Shown here: positions 1-22,802 of the stretch, one piece after another | Layout of the letters: every line of letters begins with the position of its first letter | Position numbering within the stretch: position 1 is the first letter of the stretch | From: Escherichia coli | GTDB lineage: Bacteria > Pseudomonadota > Gammaproteobacteria > Enterobacterales > Enterobacteriaceae | Assembly: GCF_003334385.1 (NCBI RefSeq) | Contig: NZ_QOWN01000001.1 | Reading direction: 5' to 3' (one strand) | DNA length: 64,000 nt | Program-made: the position numbers and the translations under genes | Notes under the pieces: generated by a model | What the model saw: the letters and a program-made list of their open reading frames with translations, nothing else | The model's database searches: none | What the model was told of the DNA's origin: nothing

Positions 1-510
<510 letters not shown>

Positions 511-521
511 TAAAACTCCAG

Positions 522-552
522 GCCGGGTACGGTGTTTTACGCCGCATCCGGC
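522..552. repeat. GC-rich REP-like hairpin in the pstS-pstC intergenic region
   Basis: gccgggtacggtgttttacgccgcatccggc: inverted arms gccgg / ccggc flank a REP-like core. May act as partial terminator or mRNA stabiliser between pstS and pstC. Confidence 0.45.
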
Positions 553-593
553 ATTACAAAATGACTTTGTAAACGCGTTTAACTGAAGAGTAA

Positions 594-2446
<1,853 letters not shown>

Positions 2447-2464
2447 TATTGCTGACACGGTTTT

Positions 2465-2578
2465 CCCCTCACCCTAACCCTCTCCCCAGAGGGGCGAGGG
2501 GACCGACCGAGCGCCTTTTTGACTCTGTACACGGTTAACACTTTGCCGGATGCGGCGTGAACGCCTGATCCGGCCTAC
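2465..2578. repeat. Intergenic repeat cluster: GC-rich imperfect palindrome plus REP element
   Basis: 2465-2503 cccctcaccctaaccctctccccagaggggcgaggggacc (imperfect palindrome, boxC-like); 2545-2578 gccggatgcggcgtgaacgcctgatccggcctac, a typical REP consensus. Confidence 0.7.
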
Positions 2579-2589
2579 GGTAAGCCTGA

Positions 2590-3402
<813 letters not shown>

Positions 3403-3416
3403 TTCAGGAGTGCGTT

Positions 3417-4142
3417 ATGGACAGTCTCAATCTTAATAAACATATTTCCGGCCAGTTCAACGCCGAACTGGAAAGTATCCGCACGCAGGTGATGACCATG
3501 GGCGGCATGGTGGAGCAGCAGCTTTCTGATGCAATCACCGCGATGCATAACCAGGACAGCGATCTGGCGAAGCGCGTCATCGAAGGCGACAAGAACGTCA
3601 ACATGATGGAAGTGGCGATCGATGAAGCCTGCGTGCGCATTATCGCCAAACGTCAGCCGACGGCGAGCGACCTGCGACTGGTTATGGTGATCAGTAAAAC
3701 CATTGCCGAGCTGGAGCGTATTGGCGACGTGGCGGACAAAATCTGCCGTACTGCGCTGGAGAAATTCTCCCAGCAGCATCAGCCGTTGCTGGTAAGTCTG
3801 GAGTCGCTGGGCCGTCATACCATCCAGATGCTGCACGACGTGCTGGACGCGTTCGCGCGGATGGACATTGACGAAGCGGTACGTATTTATCGTGAAGATA
3901 AAAAAGTCGATCAGGAATACGAAGGTATTGTTCGTCAACTGATGACCTACATGATGGAAGATTCGCGTACCATTCCGAGCGTACTTACTGCGCTGTTCTG
4001 CGCGCGTTCTATCGAACGTATTGGCGACCGCTGCCAGAATATTTGTGAGTTTATCTTCTACTACGTGAAGGGGCAGGATTTCCGTCACGTCGGTGGCGAT
4101 GAGCTGGATAAACTGCTGGCGGGGAAAGATAGCGACAAATAA
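3417..4142 (+). CDS. phoU: Phosphate signalling regulator PhoU
   Basis: 241 aa from ATG at 3417 ([14 protein letters not shown]...); the ORF-track start at 3399 is probably upstream read-through. Confidence 0.93.
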   Translation: MDSLNLNKHISGQFNAELESIRTQVMTMGGMVEQQLSDAITAMHNQDSDLAKRVIEGDKNVNMMEVAIDEACVRIIAKRQPTASDLRLVMVISKTIAELERIGDVADKICRTALEKFSQQHQPLLVSLESLGRHTIQMLHDVLDAFARMDIDEAVRIYREDKKVDQEYEGIVRQLMTYMMEDSRTIPSVLTALFCARSIERIGDRCQNICEFIFYYVKGQDFRHVGGDELDKLLAGKDSDK

Positions 4143-4151
4143 TTCACCAGA

Positions 4152-4186
4152 CAAATCCCAATAACTTAATTATTGGGATTTGTTAT
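4152..4186 (+). terminator. Intrinsic terminator after phoU
   Basis: Hairpin aaatcccaataa / ttattgggattt immediately after the phoU stop, followed by a T-rich tract. Confidence 0.6.
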
Positions 4187-4337
4187 ATATAACTTTATAA
4201 ATTCCTAAAATTACACAAAGTTAATAACTGCGAGCATGGTCATATTTTTATCAATAGCGCATTGCTATTTTCTCTGCACGCAATTAAATTAATTTCCGAA
4301 CCTGGATGTTCGTTATAAAAACCATTAATAAATGACT

Positions 4338-13021
<8,684 letters not shown>

Positions 13022-13489
13022 TTAACTTAAAGAGTCTGTTTCAGGACATGAAATATCCAATCCGGGTAGACGGGTAATGATTCTGCTCATCACCACACCT
13101 GCCAGCAATGCAGGAATGATGCGGACAACGAGACTGTCACCAGAAAGAATGTTTTCAAACAACTCCGAGGAAGCCATGCCCTTAATATGTACAATAACTG
13201 CACAATAGATCTCGGTGATAACGACGCCACCTATGCCACCAGCCAGACAACGATAACGTTTCTGTGACCCGATCTTTTCCGGCAGACAGGCAACCATTAC
13301 ACCGGTTAACAACGCAGGAATAGCTCCCGTAGTTATCGACAATAAGAGAAAAATTGGATGTATTATCACCCAAAGAACCAGCGGTTCTTTTGCGAAGAAT
13401 ATGTAGAGGACAAGAAACAGAACACCAATTAACGGTCCTAAAACTGCAAAATAAAGTCCGTGATGTATTACCCGACGTGAAACAGACAT
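13022..13489 (-). CDS. cbrB: Inner membrane protein CbrB (YieI)
   Basis: 155-aa hydrophobic ORF directly upstream of cbrC on the same strand. Confidence 0.85.
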   Translation of the reverse strand: MSVSRRVIHHGLYFAVLGPLIGVLFLVLYIFFAKEPLVLWVIIHPIFLLLSITTGAIPALLTGVMVACLPEKIGSQKRYRCLAGGIGGVVITEIYCAVIVHIKGMASSELFENILSGDSLVVRIIPALLAGVVMSRIITRLPGLDISCPETDSLS

Positions 13490-13555
13490 ATCAAACTCCC
13501 TTTACTTACCTTTGAGCGCCAATTTAAGCGGGGTAAGTGAAGGGAGTGTGAAGAA

Positions 13556-14221
13556 CTATGCCGTAATATCCCAACCACGCGCTTTCCACAGTTCAGGTAA
13601 CTGCGAAAGATGGGTAAAGGTGGTGACTTTCGGGTGAACGATCGGCTTATTGTGCGGGTCGGCGCAGAAGTAGAACACTTCCATACCTGCGTCGATACCA
13701 GATTGTGCACCGGCAACTGAGTCATCAACCAGAATGCAGTTTTCTACATTTACATTCATCGCTTTTGCCGCATGGAACATTAACGCCGGGTCTGGCTTCC
13801 AGCGCTGAATATCGTAGCCGCTGAACAGTTTATCCGGGAAGTAGTGCAACATATTCAGCTTGCCCATAGAATGCTGCATTTTGTTATTTGGGCCGTTAGA
13901 TACCACACACATTGGCGCAGTGATCGCTGACAGGAGCGCTCCAGCCCCTTCGATGGCTTCCAGTTCTGAATCGAACAGCCGAGCGACTTCTGCACGGTAA
14001 ACGTGTTCAGCTTCTGTTTTCGCTAACGTAACACCATGTTCAAGGGAAACAATATCGATAATTTCGTACAGTTTTACACCTTTGAAACGTTTGAATACCT
14101 CTTCAGGATCGAGCGTAATACCAAATTCCTGAAACATCGTTACATATGCGCGAGAGCAAATGACTTCACTGTCGACCAGCGTACCGTCGCAGTCGAAAAA
14201 TACCGCTTCTATCCGGGACAT
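13556..14221 (-). CDS. yieH: HAD-superfamily phosphatase
   Basis: 221 aa; N-terminal HAD motif FFDCDGTLVDSE. Confidence 0.88.
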   Translation of the reverse strand: MSRIEAVFFDCDGTLVDSEVICSRAYVTMFQEFGITLDPEEVFKRFKGVKLYEIIDIVSLEHGVTLAKTEAEHVYRAEVARLFDSELEAIEGAGALLSAITAPMCVVSNGPNNKMQHSMGKLNMLHYFPDKLFSGYDIQRWKPDPALMFHAAKAMNVNVENCILVDDSVAGAQSGIDAGMEVFYFCADPHNKPIVHPKVTTFTHLSQLPELWKARGWDITA

Positions 14222-14385
14222 GCCTTTCCTTTTTAATCAGTTTAACGTTTTCGTAGAGCCGATTTGCGCAACGCAATCGTTGCCGTATAAGTAAATCCAA
14301 TAAAAAAGTCTCTCACAAACGCGCCTATTGTCGCATTTTGGTATACGATAGCGACGGATTTTCCCTCCTTGTTCGGAAATAGATA

Positions 14386-15723
14386 ATGAGTCATCAACAT
14401 ACCACCCAGACTTCTGGTCAGGGGATGCTGGAACGCGTGTTTAAACTGCGCGAACATGGCACGACGGCACGGACCGAAGTGATCGCCGGTTTTACCACCT
14501 TCCTGACGATGGTTTACATCGTTTTTGTTAACCCGCAAATTCTTGGCGTTGCTGGCATGGATACCAGCGCCGTCTTCGTCACTACCTGTCTGATCGCTGC
14601 ATTCGGCAGTATTATGATGGGACTGTTTGCTAACCTGCCAGTTGCACTGGCACCCGCTATGGGCCTGAATGCGTTCTTCGCTTTTGTCGTTGTACAGGCG
14701 ATGGGCTTGCCGTGGCAGGTCGGGATGGGCGCAATCTTCTGGGGCGCGATAGGTCTGCTGTTACTGACGATTTTCCGCGTTCGCTACTGGATGATAGCCA
14801 ACATTCCGGTGAGTCTGCGTGTGGGTATTACCAGCGGTATCGGTCTGTTCATTGGCATGATGGGGCTGAAAAACGCAGGTGTGATTGTCGCTAACCCGGA
14901 AACGCTGGTGAGCATCGGTAATCTGACTTCTCACAGCGTACTTCTGGGTATCCTCGGCTTCTTCATCATTGCTATTCTGGCCTCGCGCAACATTCACGCA
15001 GCGGTGCTGGTTTCTATCGTGGTGACGACGCTGCTGGGCTGGATGCTGGGTGATGTGCACTACAATGGCATCGTTTCTGCGCCGCCGAGCGTAATGACAG
15101 TTGTGGGTCATGTAGATTTAGCCGGGTCGTTTAACCTCGGGCTGGCAGGGGTGATTTTCTCTTTCATGTTGGTCAACTTGTTTGACTCCTCCGGTACGCT
15201 GATTGGCGTGACCGATAAAGCAGGTCTGGCGGATGAGAAGGGGAAATTCCCGCGCATGAAGCAGGCGCTGTATGTCGACAGTATCTCTTCCGTGACCGGT
15301 TCGTTTATCGGTACTTCTTCCGTTACGGCTTATATTGAGTCCTCTTCCGGCGTATCGGTTGGCGGTCGTACCGGTCTGACGGCAGTGGTTGTTGGTCTGC
15401 TGTTCCTGCTGGTTATCTTTCTGTCGCCGCTGGCGGGGATGGTGCCAGGCTACGCTGCAGCTGGTGCGCTGATTTACGTTGGCGTGCTGATGACTTCCAG
15501 TCTGGCACGCGTGAACTGGCAGGATCTTACTGAATCTGTTCCGGCGTTTATTACCGCCGTGATGATGCCGTTCAGCTTCTCGATTACCGAAGGTATCGCG
15601 CTGGGCTTTATCTCCTACTGCGTGATGAAAATCGGTACCGGACGTCTGCGTGATCTAAGCCCGTGCGTAATCATCGTTGCGCTGCTGTTTATCCTGAAGA
15701 TTGTCTTTATCGACGCTCACTAA
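14386..15723 (+). CDS. adeP: Adenine permease (NCS2 family)
   Basis: 445-aa polytopic membrane ORF; position between yieH and chrR. Confidence 0.9.
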   Translation: MSHQHTTQTSGQGMLERVFKLREHGTTARTEVIAGFTTFLTMVYIVFVNPQILGVAGMDTSAVFVTTCLIAAFGSIMMGLFANLPVALAPAMGLNAFFAFVVVQAMGLPWQVGMGAIFWGAIGLLLLTIFRVRYWMIANIPVSLRVGITSGIGLFIGMMGLKNAGVIVANPETLVSIGNLTSHSVLLGILGFFIIAILASRNIHAAVLVSIVVTTLLGWMLGDVHYNGIVSAPPSVMTVVGHVDLAGSFNLGLAGVIFSFMLVNLFDSSGTLIGVTDKAGLADEKGKFPRMKQALYVDSISSVTGSFIGTSSVTAYIESSSGVSVGGRTGLTAVVVGLLFLLVIFLSPLAGMVPGYAAAGALIYVGVLMTSSLARVNWQDLTESVPAFITAVMMPFSFSITEGIALGFISYCVMKIGTGRLRDLSPCVIIVALLFILKIVFIDAH

Positions 15724-15740
15724 AATCGATAGCGCGTTAA

Positions 15741-15776
15741 AAACCCGCCATGCATGATTGCTGGCGGGTTTTTTAT
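15741..15776. terminator. Bidirectional terminator between convergent adeP and chrR
   Basis: aaaacccgccatgcatgattgctggcgggtttttt: GC stem flanked by A-run and T-run. Confidence 0.7.
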
Positions 15777-16343
15777 TTAGATCTTAACTCGCTGAATAAA
15801 CTCACCAAATGCGGTCAATTGCCCGGTCAGGTGGTCCAGCGTACCCTGATCAATCACTTCTCCGGTTTGCGGATCAACTTTGTTCTGAATCACGCCGCCC
15901 ATAAATTCCGGCTTGTTCATCACCATTGCATCGAGGAAAACCAGAATCTGGCGCAGGTGATACTGACAGCGCGCGCCGCCAATCACGCCCATTGAGCTGG
16001 TCTGAATCAATACCGGTTTACCGGCCAGCGGTTGATCCGGCAGGCGGGAAAGCCAGTCGATGGCATTTTTCAGCCCACCCGGTACCGAGTAGTTATATTC
16101 CGGCGTGACGATCACCACACCGTCAGCCTGACGGATCTGTTCCGCCAGAGCTTCAACCGTTGCTGGAAAACCTTCTTCCTGCTGTACGTCAGCGTCATAC
16201 AAGGGAATGTCGGCAATGGATGGTAACGCATTGACTTCCATGCTCGCCGGAGCAATTTTCGGCAGGGTACGTGCAACCATGCCATTAAATGAGCCTTTGC
16301 GCAGGCTCCCCAGTAACGTAACCACCTGCAATTTTTCAGACAT
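15777..16343 (-). CDS. chrR: NAD(P)H-dependent FMN reductase / chromate reductase
   Basis: 188 aa; flavodoxin-like NADPH-dependent FMN reductase fold; formerly yieF. Confidence 0.88.
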   Translation of the reverse strand: MSEKLQVVTLLGSLRKGSFNGMVARTLPKIAPASMEVNALPSIADIPLYDADVQQEEGFPATVEALAEQIRQADGVVIVTPEYNYSVPGGLKNAIDWLSRLPDQPLAGKPVLIQTSSMGVIGGARCQYHLRQILVFLDAMVMNKPEFMGGVIQNKVDPQTGEVIDQGTLDHLTGQLTAFGEFIQRVKI

Positions 16344-16364
16344 GATGACTCCTGTGGTTGTCTA

Positions 16365-17126
16365 TCAATTTGGCGAAAAAGCCTTCACGGTAGAGAGTTG
16401 GGCAAAACGCATCATCCGGCTGGTAGGATTGTTGGCGCGGCTGTGAATATCCGGCAGGCTTTTCCAGCCGTGTTTGCCATCTAACTCCCAGACACTGAGC
16501 TTTTCAATCGTGGGCGTGACCGCCACGGACCACACCAGCACGTCTTCCGCGTCGCATAACGCTTCTACATGATTTACATGAGCACATTTCAGGCGTCCGG
16601 CAATGGGCAGCAGCTGCAGATCGCGCGGATCGTCATTCAAAACATCACCGGTTAGTTTTAGCACGCTTCGGCGCAGCGTGATGAGCTGCGCCCGCGCTTC
16701 GTTAGGATCGTTTTGTTTACTGATCCATAGCGATTCATTGCTGGAAAAGGTGTGGTTATCGGGCGCGTGTGGGCTATGAAACCCGCGCGTCGCACGCTGT
16801 AGTTCCATATCGAGGCCACATTCACCTTCGGTTGTTAACGCCACGCCAACCATATTCCCGGCATAGGAAATGGAAAACGAAGGCAAATTTTTATCACTGA
16901 AAACCGGTTTACCTTTCGGCAGGGTGACGATTTCCGGCAATTCGCCAATGCCATACAGCATGAACATCAGTTCTGCGAGTAAACCTCTGGACGCCAGAAA
17001 ACGGCTTTGACGATGAGGGGGAATGTTTCGGGCTTCTTGATGACACTGGGAGGGGAGACGAACAGAAATCAGATGTCCTTCCGTTAAAATCCCTCGGGCA
17101 AAGTGAGTCGCCATTTTTCGCTCCAT
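16365..17126 (-). CDS. yieE: Putative 4'-phosphopantetheinyl transferase-like protein
   Basis: ORF-track ORF of 253 aa upstream of chrR on the same strand; exact start uncertain. Confidence 0.8.
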   Translation of the reverse strand: MERKMATHFARGILTEGHLISVRLPSQCHQEARNIPPHRQSRFLASRGLLAELMFMLYGIGELPEIVTLPKGKPVFSDKNLPSFSISYAGNMVGVALTTEGECGLDMELQRATRGFHSPHAPDNHTFSSNESLWISKQNDPNEARAQLITLRRSVLKLTGDVLNDDPRDLQLLPIAGRLKCAHVNHVEALCDAEDVLVWSVAVTPTIEKLSVWELDGKHGWKSLPDIHSRANNPTSRMMRFAQLSTVKAFSPN

Positions 17127-17270
17127 GCTTAATGGTCCATTATGAATACAAGAGTAATCATTTACTGGAATGATGGACAGACTAAAGCGGCTAAAAGTTC
17201 GATTCAGACAAGCTTATTACAACTTTTTTACATTTTATTGTGAAATTGGGTCGCGTTTCATACGATTCGG

Positions 17271-18230
17271 TTATGCCATCGACGCGTAAAGGTTTTTAAT
17301 GGTTTCCCGTAACCAGACGATCTTCGGATTATGGCTGTTCCGTTTATGCCACAGCAGGGTAAAAGGAACTTCCAGCTTTTTTTGCTGGCTTTCGTCAAAC
17401 GGGAGAGGAAGAGCAACCAACGGCAGTTGATGGAGTTGATTGTAGTACTGACAGTAGCGCGGCGCGGTCGCCAGTAGCAGATTGTCGGGTTGCGCTGCCA
17501 TAAACAGTGACTGCTCGAATTCCGGCAGGCTCATAGCAATCGTGCGTTCGCGTCCCAGCTCCTGTAACACATTGTCCAGCGCCCAGGTATCGCTCTGTTC
17601 CCAGCAAATGCTGATATGCGGATAACGTAAGAAGGTGTCCAGATTCCACGTTTGATGCAGTGCCGGATGATCTTTGCGTAACCAGACGCAGGGCACATCA
17701 CTAAACAGCACTTCATAATCAATGGCTAACGGTAGCGAGCTTAACAGCTCCCGCGAGCGAGGATGGCTTTCGCGACCGGAAAAACCGATATCCACTTCAC
17801 CACGAGTAATGGCATCTAAGGAATCGTAATCCCAGTTACGTAATTTGATGGTCGCCTGCGGGTAACGTTGGTAGATCTGTTTCGACAGCGCATTAAGCAT
17901 GATCATCATCAGCGGTGATTCCGCCGCCAGCTCAAACTTCAGGCCGCGCGGTGTCTGGTGGTGCGGTTTATCCAGCAGCAGGTTGCTCATTTGCATCCAC
18001 TCCGCCAGATTTTGCTCCATGCTGACCATCAGCGGTGTGGGCGACAGACCCAGCGGTGAGTTCACAAAGAGCGGGTCGTCAAACCACGCTCTTAACTTTG
18101 CCAGCGACTTACTCACCGCCGAAGGTGTCACGTTTATCCGCTTCGCCGCTTTGGTTACGCTGCGCTCCTGCATCAGCAGTTGCAGACAAAGCAGCAGATT
18201 GAGATCAAGCGTGGTGATGGATTTCTTCAT
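17271..18230 (-). CDS. yidZ: LysR-family transcriptional regulator
   Basis: 319 aa from ATG at 18230 ([19 protein letters not shown]... HTH); its start lies inside the 3' end of mdtL. Confidence 0.85.
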
Positions 18231-19380
18231 GAGCGGCAACGGGGCGTCCAGGCGCGACGAACATAATCAGCAACAGGCTCACTATGCTACAGGCAATCAG
18301 AATCCCGATCAGCATATTCCATGCGCCGATACCAACCACCGCTGCCAGCCAAATCCACAGTGACGAACCGCAAACCTGCGCAATACCTAAGGTCGAGCTG
18401 GCTACGCCCGCGCGTAATGAAAACGGCCCTAACGCCTGACTCATCGCCACACCAAAACCTACCGAGAAACCGGCGCAAATCAGCGTGATACCAAACAGAG
18501 AAACCGCATGGGAAGGTGAAACGGCAAGAGTGATCCCCGCCGCCAGGAATAACACCTGCGAGGTGATCATCAACGTACGTGGCTTAAAAATTCCCAGCGC
18601 AAATGGCGTGGAGAATGAAACGGTCATGCTGACGCCAGCGGTCAGCGCCATAATGGTGGCGTATTCACCGCGCTCAAACCCCATGATTTCCATCAGCAAT
18701 ACCGGTGACGTGTTGACGAAAGTGAGGATCACCGAAACGCTGAGGGTGGTGATAACAACACGGCTGAGGAAAAAACGGTTAAGCAGCGACTCGCTATTTT
18801 CTCGTGGTTTATCCGAAGCTGCGGGGGCCGCTGGGCGCGTTTCTTTTAAAATAAACAAAGACAACATCAGTACCGCGATGCCCATCATTGCCATCGCCCA
18901 GAACAGACTCTGCCACGGGAATTTAAGCATAATCAGATGTCCGAGCACTGGCGCTAACACCGGAATGATGCAGGTAATACCGTTGAGTAATGACAGCACT
19001 TTAGCCCGACGTCGATCATCCAGCGTGTCGCGCAAAATAGCGAACGCCACTACGTAACAACAGCCTGCGCCCAACCCCTGTAGAAATCGGCCTGCAAGAA
19101 ATAACGTGCTGGTTTCAGCCAGTGAACAGAACACCGAGGCAATAATAAATAGCGCCGCGCCGGGTATGGCGACCGGCTTTCTCCCTGAACGATCGGCCAC
19201 TTTACCGGCAAATAACATCGCAGCTGCCATCCCCGCCAGATATACGGAGAACGCAATATGCAACTGCGCTTCGCTGGCATTGAGATCGGCGGCGATGCGC
19301 GGTAAACCAACGAGGTACATATCAATCCCGGCGGGATAAAGTAAAACCAGGGCAAAACTACAAATCAAAAAGCGGGACAT
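18205..19380 (-). CDS. mdtL: MFS multidrug efflux transporter
   Basis: 391-aa 12-TM-like ORF with MFS-type membrane profile. Confidence 0.9.
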   Translation of the reverse strand: MSRFLICSFALVLLYPAGIDMYLVGLPRIAADLNASEAQLHIAFSVYLAGMAAAMLFAGKVADRSGRKPVAIPGAALFIIASVFCSLAETSTLFLAGRFLQGLGAGCCYVVAFAILRDTLDDRRRAKVLSLLNGITCIIPVLAPVLGHLIMLKFPWQSLFWAMAMMGIAVLMLSLFILKETRPAAPAASDKPRENSESLLNRFFLSRVVITTLSVSVILTFVNTSPVLLMEIMGFERGEYATIMALTAGVSMTVSFSTPFALGIFKPRTLMITSQVLFLAAGITLAVSPSHAVSLFGITLICAGFSVGFGVAMSQALGPFSLRAGVASSTLGIAQVCGSSLWIWLAAVVGIGAWNMLIGILIACSIVSLLLIMFVAPGRPVAAHEEIHHHA

Positions 19381-19511
19381 GGGCTAAAGCGTCCTGATAG
19401 TAAGGTGACGCAAAGCATACGTGGTGAAGGAGGATCAGGCGAGTTGCCATTTGGACATAAGTGATTTCCTGAGAGGCAAGAAGCCAGCGAATGGCTGGCT
19501 TCTTGAAGGAT

Positions 19512-20759
19512 TTAGCCAAATTTAGGTAACACGTTAAAGACGTTGCCGAACCAGCACAAAATCACGGTTATACCAAAGAGAATGACAATCGCCGGAATAA
19601 GATTGCCGCCCCAGACCGTGAACATCTGATTGGGAAACTTCTTGCGAGCTTTGATTGCAAGCACTGCGGGAATAATGACCGCCCAGATGGTGGCGCACAG
19701 CCCGGCACCGCCGATCCCGTAAATAAAGCCGTTCGGGAAGATCAGATACAACAACGCAGGTGGCAGGAAGGTTAACAGCACGGTTTTGAAACGCCCGCCG
19801 TGGGAGTTATCAATCTTAAACAGGTCCGCCAGATAATCGAACAACCCCAGCGTGACACCAAAGAACGAACTGGCAACAGCTAAGTTAGAGAACACCAGCA
19901 GGCAAAACTCGATAATGCCGTGCTGTTTGGTGCCGAGGAACGATTTCACCAGCGAATCAACGTTGCCGCCTGAGGAGATAATCGCCTTAAAGCTTTCTCG
20001 CGGAATATTCCCCATGGTGCAATAGAGCCAGAAGAGATAAATCACCAGCGCCAGCAGCGAACCAAATACCACGCTTTTGATTAACTTATCTTTGCGTTTT
20101 CCATAGCAAATAATCAGGCTGGGAATATTGCCGTGGAAACCAAATGACGCCAGACACACCGGCAAAGCCATAAAGATATACGGGAAGTAAGACGTTCCCG
20201 CAGTGGAGCTGGTGGCGTCGCGCAGAATGGAGTAATCGACCTGGAAGAAAAAAGAACCAAACACGATCACAAAGGAGATAATCTTCAGCCCGAGGAACAA
20301 TGAGGTAATACGACTGGCGGCTAACGAACTTAACCACAATACGCTGGCAACGAAAATGGCTGTGCAGATCCCGACAATACGTGGATTAGCGTGATAACCC
20401 AAATTCATTGATATCGTTTCACTAATGATCGCACCATTAGCAGAGATATAGGCATAAGTGAGGATATAGAGAACGAAGGCAACGGTAATACCGCTGATAA
20501 TGTTCCAGGTGTTACCGATTAAATCTTTGGTGATGGTGTTAAAACTGGAGCCGACGGGATAATTTAAATTTGCTTCTAATAACAATAACCCGGAATGAAG
20601 CATTGAAAACCAGGCAATGATAAGGATAAAGGCACCCCAGAAAAACCAGGCACCGGCAAGATCAACAGGTAAAGCAAACATACCTCCACCAATTACTGTA
20701 CCTGCTATAACCATAACACCCCAAAATGCAGAGTGCTTTTTTTCAGCTTGATCAGTCAT
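19512..20759 (-). CDS. tnaB: Low-affinity tryptophan permease
   Basis: 415-aa membrane ORF immediately downstream of tnaA; hairpin agaagccagc...gctggcttct at 19478-19505 after the stop. Confidence 0.92.
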   Translation of the reverse strand: MTDQAEKKHSAFWGVMVIAGTVIGGGMFALPVDLAGAWFFWGAFILIIAWFSMLHSGLLLLEANLNYPVGSSFNTITKDLIGNTWNIISGITVAFVLYILTYAYISANGAIISETISMNLGYHANPRIVGICTAIFVASVLWLSSLAASRITSLFLGLKIISFVIVFGSFFFQVDYSILRDATSSTAGTSYFPYIFMALPVCLASFGFHGNIPSLIICYGKRKDKLIKSVVFGSLLALVIYLFWLYCTMGNIPRESFKAIISSGGNVDSLVKSFLGTKQHGIIEFCLLVFSNLAVASSFFGVTLGLFDYLADLFKIDNSHGGRFKTVLLTFLPPALLYLIFPNGFIYGIGGAGLCATIWAVIIPAVLAIKARKKFPNQMFTVWGGNLIPAIVILFGITVILCWFGNVFNVLPKFG

Positions 20760-20849
20760 GATGCCACCTTTAGAGGAAGGCTATTTTTGTTATTGAGGAT
20801 GTAGGGTAAGAGAGTGGCTAACATCCTTATAGCCACTCTGTAGTATTAA

Positions 20850-22265
20850 TTAAACTTCTTTAAGTTTTGCGGTGAAGTGACGCAATACTTTCGGTTCGTA
20901 CGTAAAGGTTAATCCTTTAATATTCGCCGCGTTCTCTTTCACATGTTTAAAGGCTTCAATAATGAAGTCCATATGTGTTTGAGTATATGTTGCGCGCGGA
21001 ATGGTTAAACGCAGCAGTTCAGCCGGGCATGGCAGTTGTTTACCGGTTTTCGGATCGCGGCCTAACAGGAAAGAGCCAATTTCTACCGCACGGATACCGG
21101 CGACTTTATACAGCTCGCAGGCCAGCGCCTGTGCCGGGAACTGGTCTGCCGGGATATGCGGCAACAGTTTACCGGCATCAACGAATGCCGCGTGACCGCC
21201 CGCCTGCTGGCAGACAACGCCAATCTCTTCCAGACCATCGACCAGATACTGTACCTGCGCGATACGATAAGCCAGCCAGTCGAGATTCATGCCGTCATAC
21301 AGACCTACCGCCAGACGCTCCATCGCGCCGCCTTCCAGGCCGCCATATGTCGGGAAGCCTTCCTGCACCACGCAAAGGGTTCTGCACTCGGTGTACACAT
21401 CAAAGAAGCTGTCGTCTTTCATGCACAGCAGGCCGCCCATCGGCACCATCGCATCTTTCTTGGCGGACATCGCCAGCATATCGGCATATTTGTAGGTTTC
21501 GCGGGTGATCTGCTCGATGGTCCAGTCTTTGTATTCTGCTTCACGCTGCTTGATGAAATAGGCGTTTTCAGCAAAGCGCGCGGAGTCCATTACCACCGGA
21601 ATATCGTATTTCTTCGCGATGCTGTACATCGCTTTTAAGTTTGCCAGTGAAACCGGCTGACCACCTGCAGAGTTACTGGTGATGGTTGCAACGATATACG
21701 GCACGTTATTCGGACCAACTTCTTCAATACCGCGTTCTAATCCCTCAAGGTCAAAGTTGCCTTTAAAGTCGTAACGCACGCCCGTATCGAAGGCTTCTTT
21801 GATATAGACGTTACGCACGGTACAGCCGTTGATCTGGCTATGGCCCTGCGTGGTATCAAAGAAATAGTTAGAGAACGCCACCATTTTGCTGCGATCCAGG
21901 CCTTTTTCCTGCTCGCGTTTTTTAATCAGTACCGGAATATAGATTTGCTCTGCGCCACGGCCCTGGTGAGTCGGAATGGTGTATTGATAACCAAAGATAT
22001 TTTTCACTGACTCGGCTAACGCATAGTAGCTACGACTGCCGCTGTAGGCTTCGTCGCCGCGCATCATCGCAGCCTGCATGCTCTGCGTCACCGCCCCGGT
22101 GCCGCTGTCGGTCAGTAAATCGATAAACACATCTTCGCTATCCAGCAGGAACGGGTTCATACCGGATTTAATAATTGCCTCTTCACGATAAGCGCGAGTG
22201 GTACGTTTTACTGGCTCAATAACACGAATGCGGAACGGTTCAGGGAGATGTTTAAAGTTTTCCAT
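20850..22265 (-). CDS. tnaA: Tryptophanase (PLP-dependent)
   Basis: 471 aa from ATG at 22265 ([18 protein letters not shown]...); ORF-track start at 22280 adds 5 upstream codons. Confidence 0.95.
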
Positions 22266-22485
22266 TACATAATCCTTCATTTATTTTAATTACAGTGATC
22301 CCTGTGAATATTACATCTGCTATACCGATTAATTCGCCAGATATATATGCAAGCACCATCATTTACTAAAACAAGTAAATAAACGAGAGATGACCTTTGC
22401 AAAAGGCAAAATTAAGATATAGCAAACAAATAGATCACATTGAATCTAATCGGTTTGGCTCTGGTGATGGCTACAGAAGGGCAAA

Positions 22486-22560
22486 TCAAGGGCGGTGATC
22501 GACAATTTTGTTGTCAATATTGAACCATTTTGAGGTCACACATATATGTAAGATATTCAT
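22486..22560 (-). CDS. tnaC: tna operon leader peptide (24 aa)
   Basis: Reverse complement reads ATGAATATCTTACATATATGTGTGACCTCAAAATGGTTCAATATTGACAACAAAATTGTCGATCACCGCCCTTGA = MNILHICVTSKWFNIDNKIVDHRP*; single Trp at codon 12, Pro at codon 24 before the stop. Confidence 0.92.
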   Translation of the reverse strand: MNILHICVTSKWFNIDNKIVDHRP

Positions 22561-22635
22561 AATGCACTTATCCTCGCAAGACACGAGGCTACATTATTAC
22601 ACTCAGAGTTTTTGTCTATTCTGAAATTGTTTAAA

Positions 22636-22651
22636 TGTGAATCGAATCACA
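22636..22651. promoter_or_regulatory. CRP binding site of the tna promoter
   Basis: tgtgaatcgaatcaca: perfect TGTGA-N6-TCACA palindrome about 80 bp upstream of the tnaC start. Confidence 0.8.
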
Positions 22652-22756
22652 ATCGTTCGGGGAGCAATATTAAATGCTTTTTTTAAAGATTATAAATTAC
22701 GTAAGAATTTTAATGTTTAAAAAAAGGGTTGAGGAATAACAGGAGTGGTAACAATG

Positions 22757-22790
22757 AAGCGAAGCCGCATCTGACAGTCAGAATGCGGCT
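22757..22790 (-). terminator. Terminator downstream of mnmE
   Basis: Hairpin gaagccgcat...atgcggcttc just 3' of the mnmE stop. Confidence 0.55.
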
Positions 22791-22802
22791 TCGTAAGCGC
22801 GG

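Noticed and set aside
14222-14385. Possible PurR-box-like sequence (aacgttttcgt) upstream of adeP
   Set aside because: Matches only one half-site of the PurR palindrome; too weak to call without a position-weight-matrix score.
20975-21508. 177-aa plus-strand ORF and neighbouring small ORFs
   Set aside because: Antisense to tnaA; Pro/Arg-rich composition typical of a wrong-frame read.
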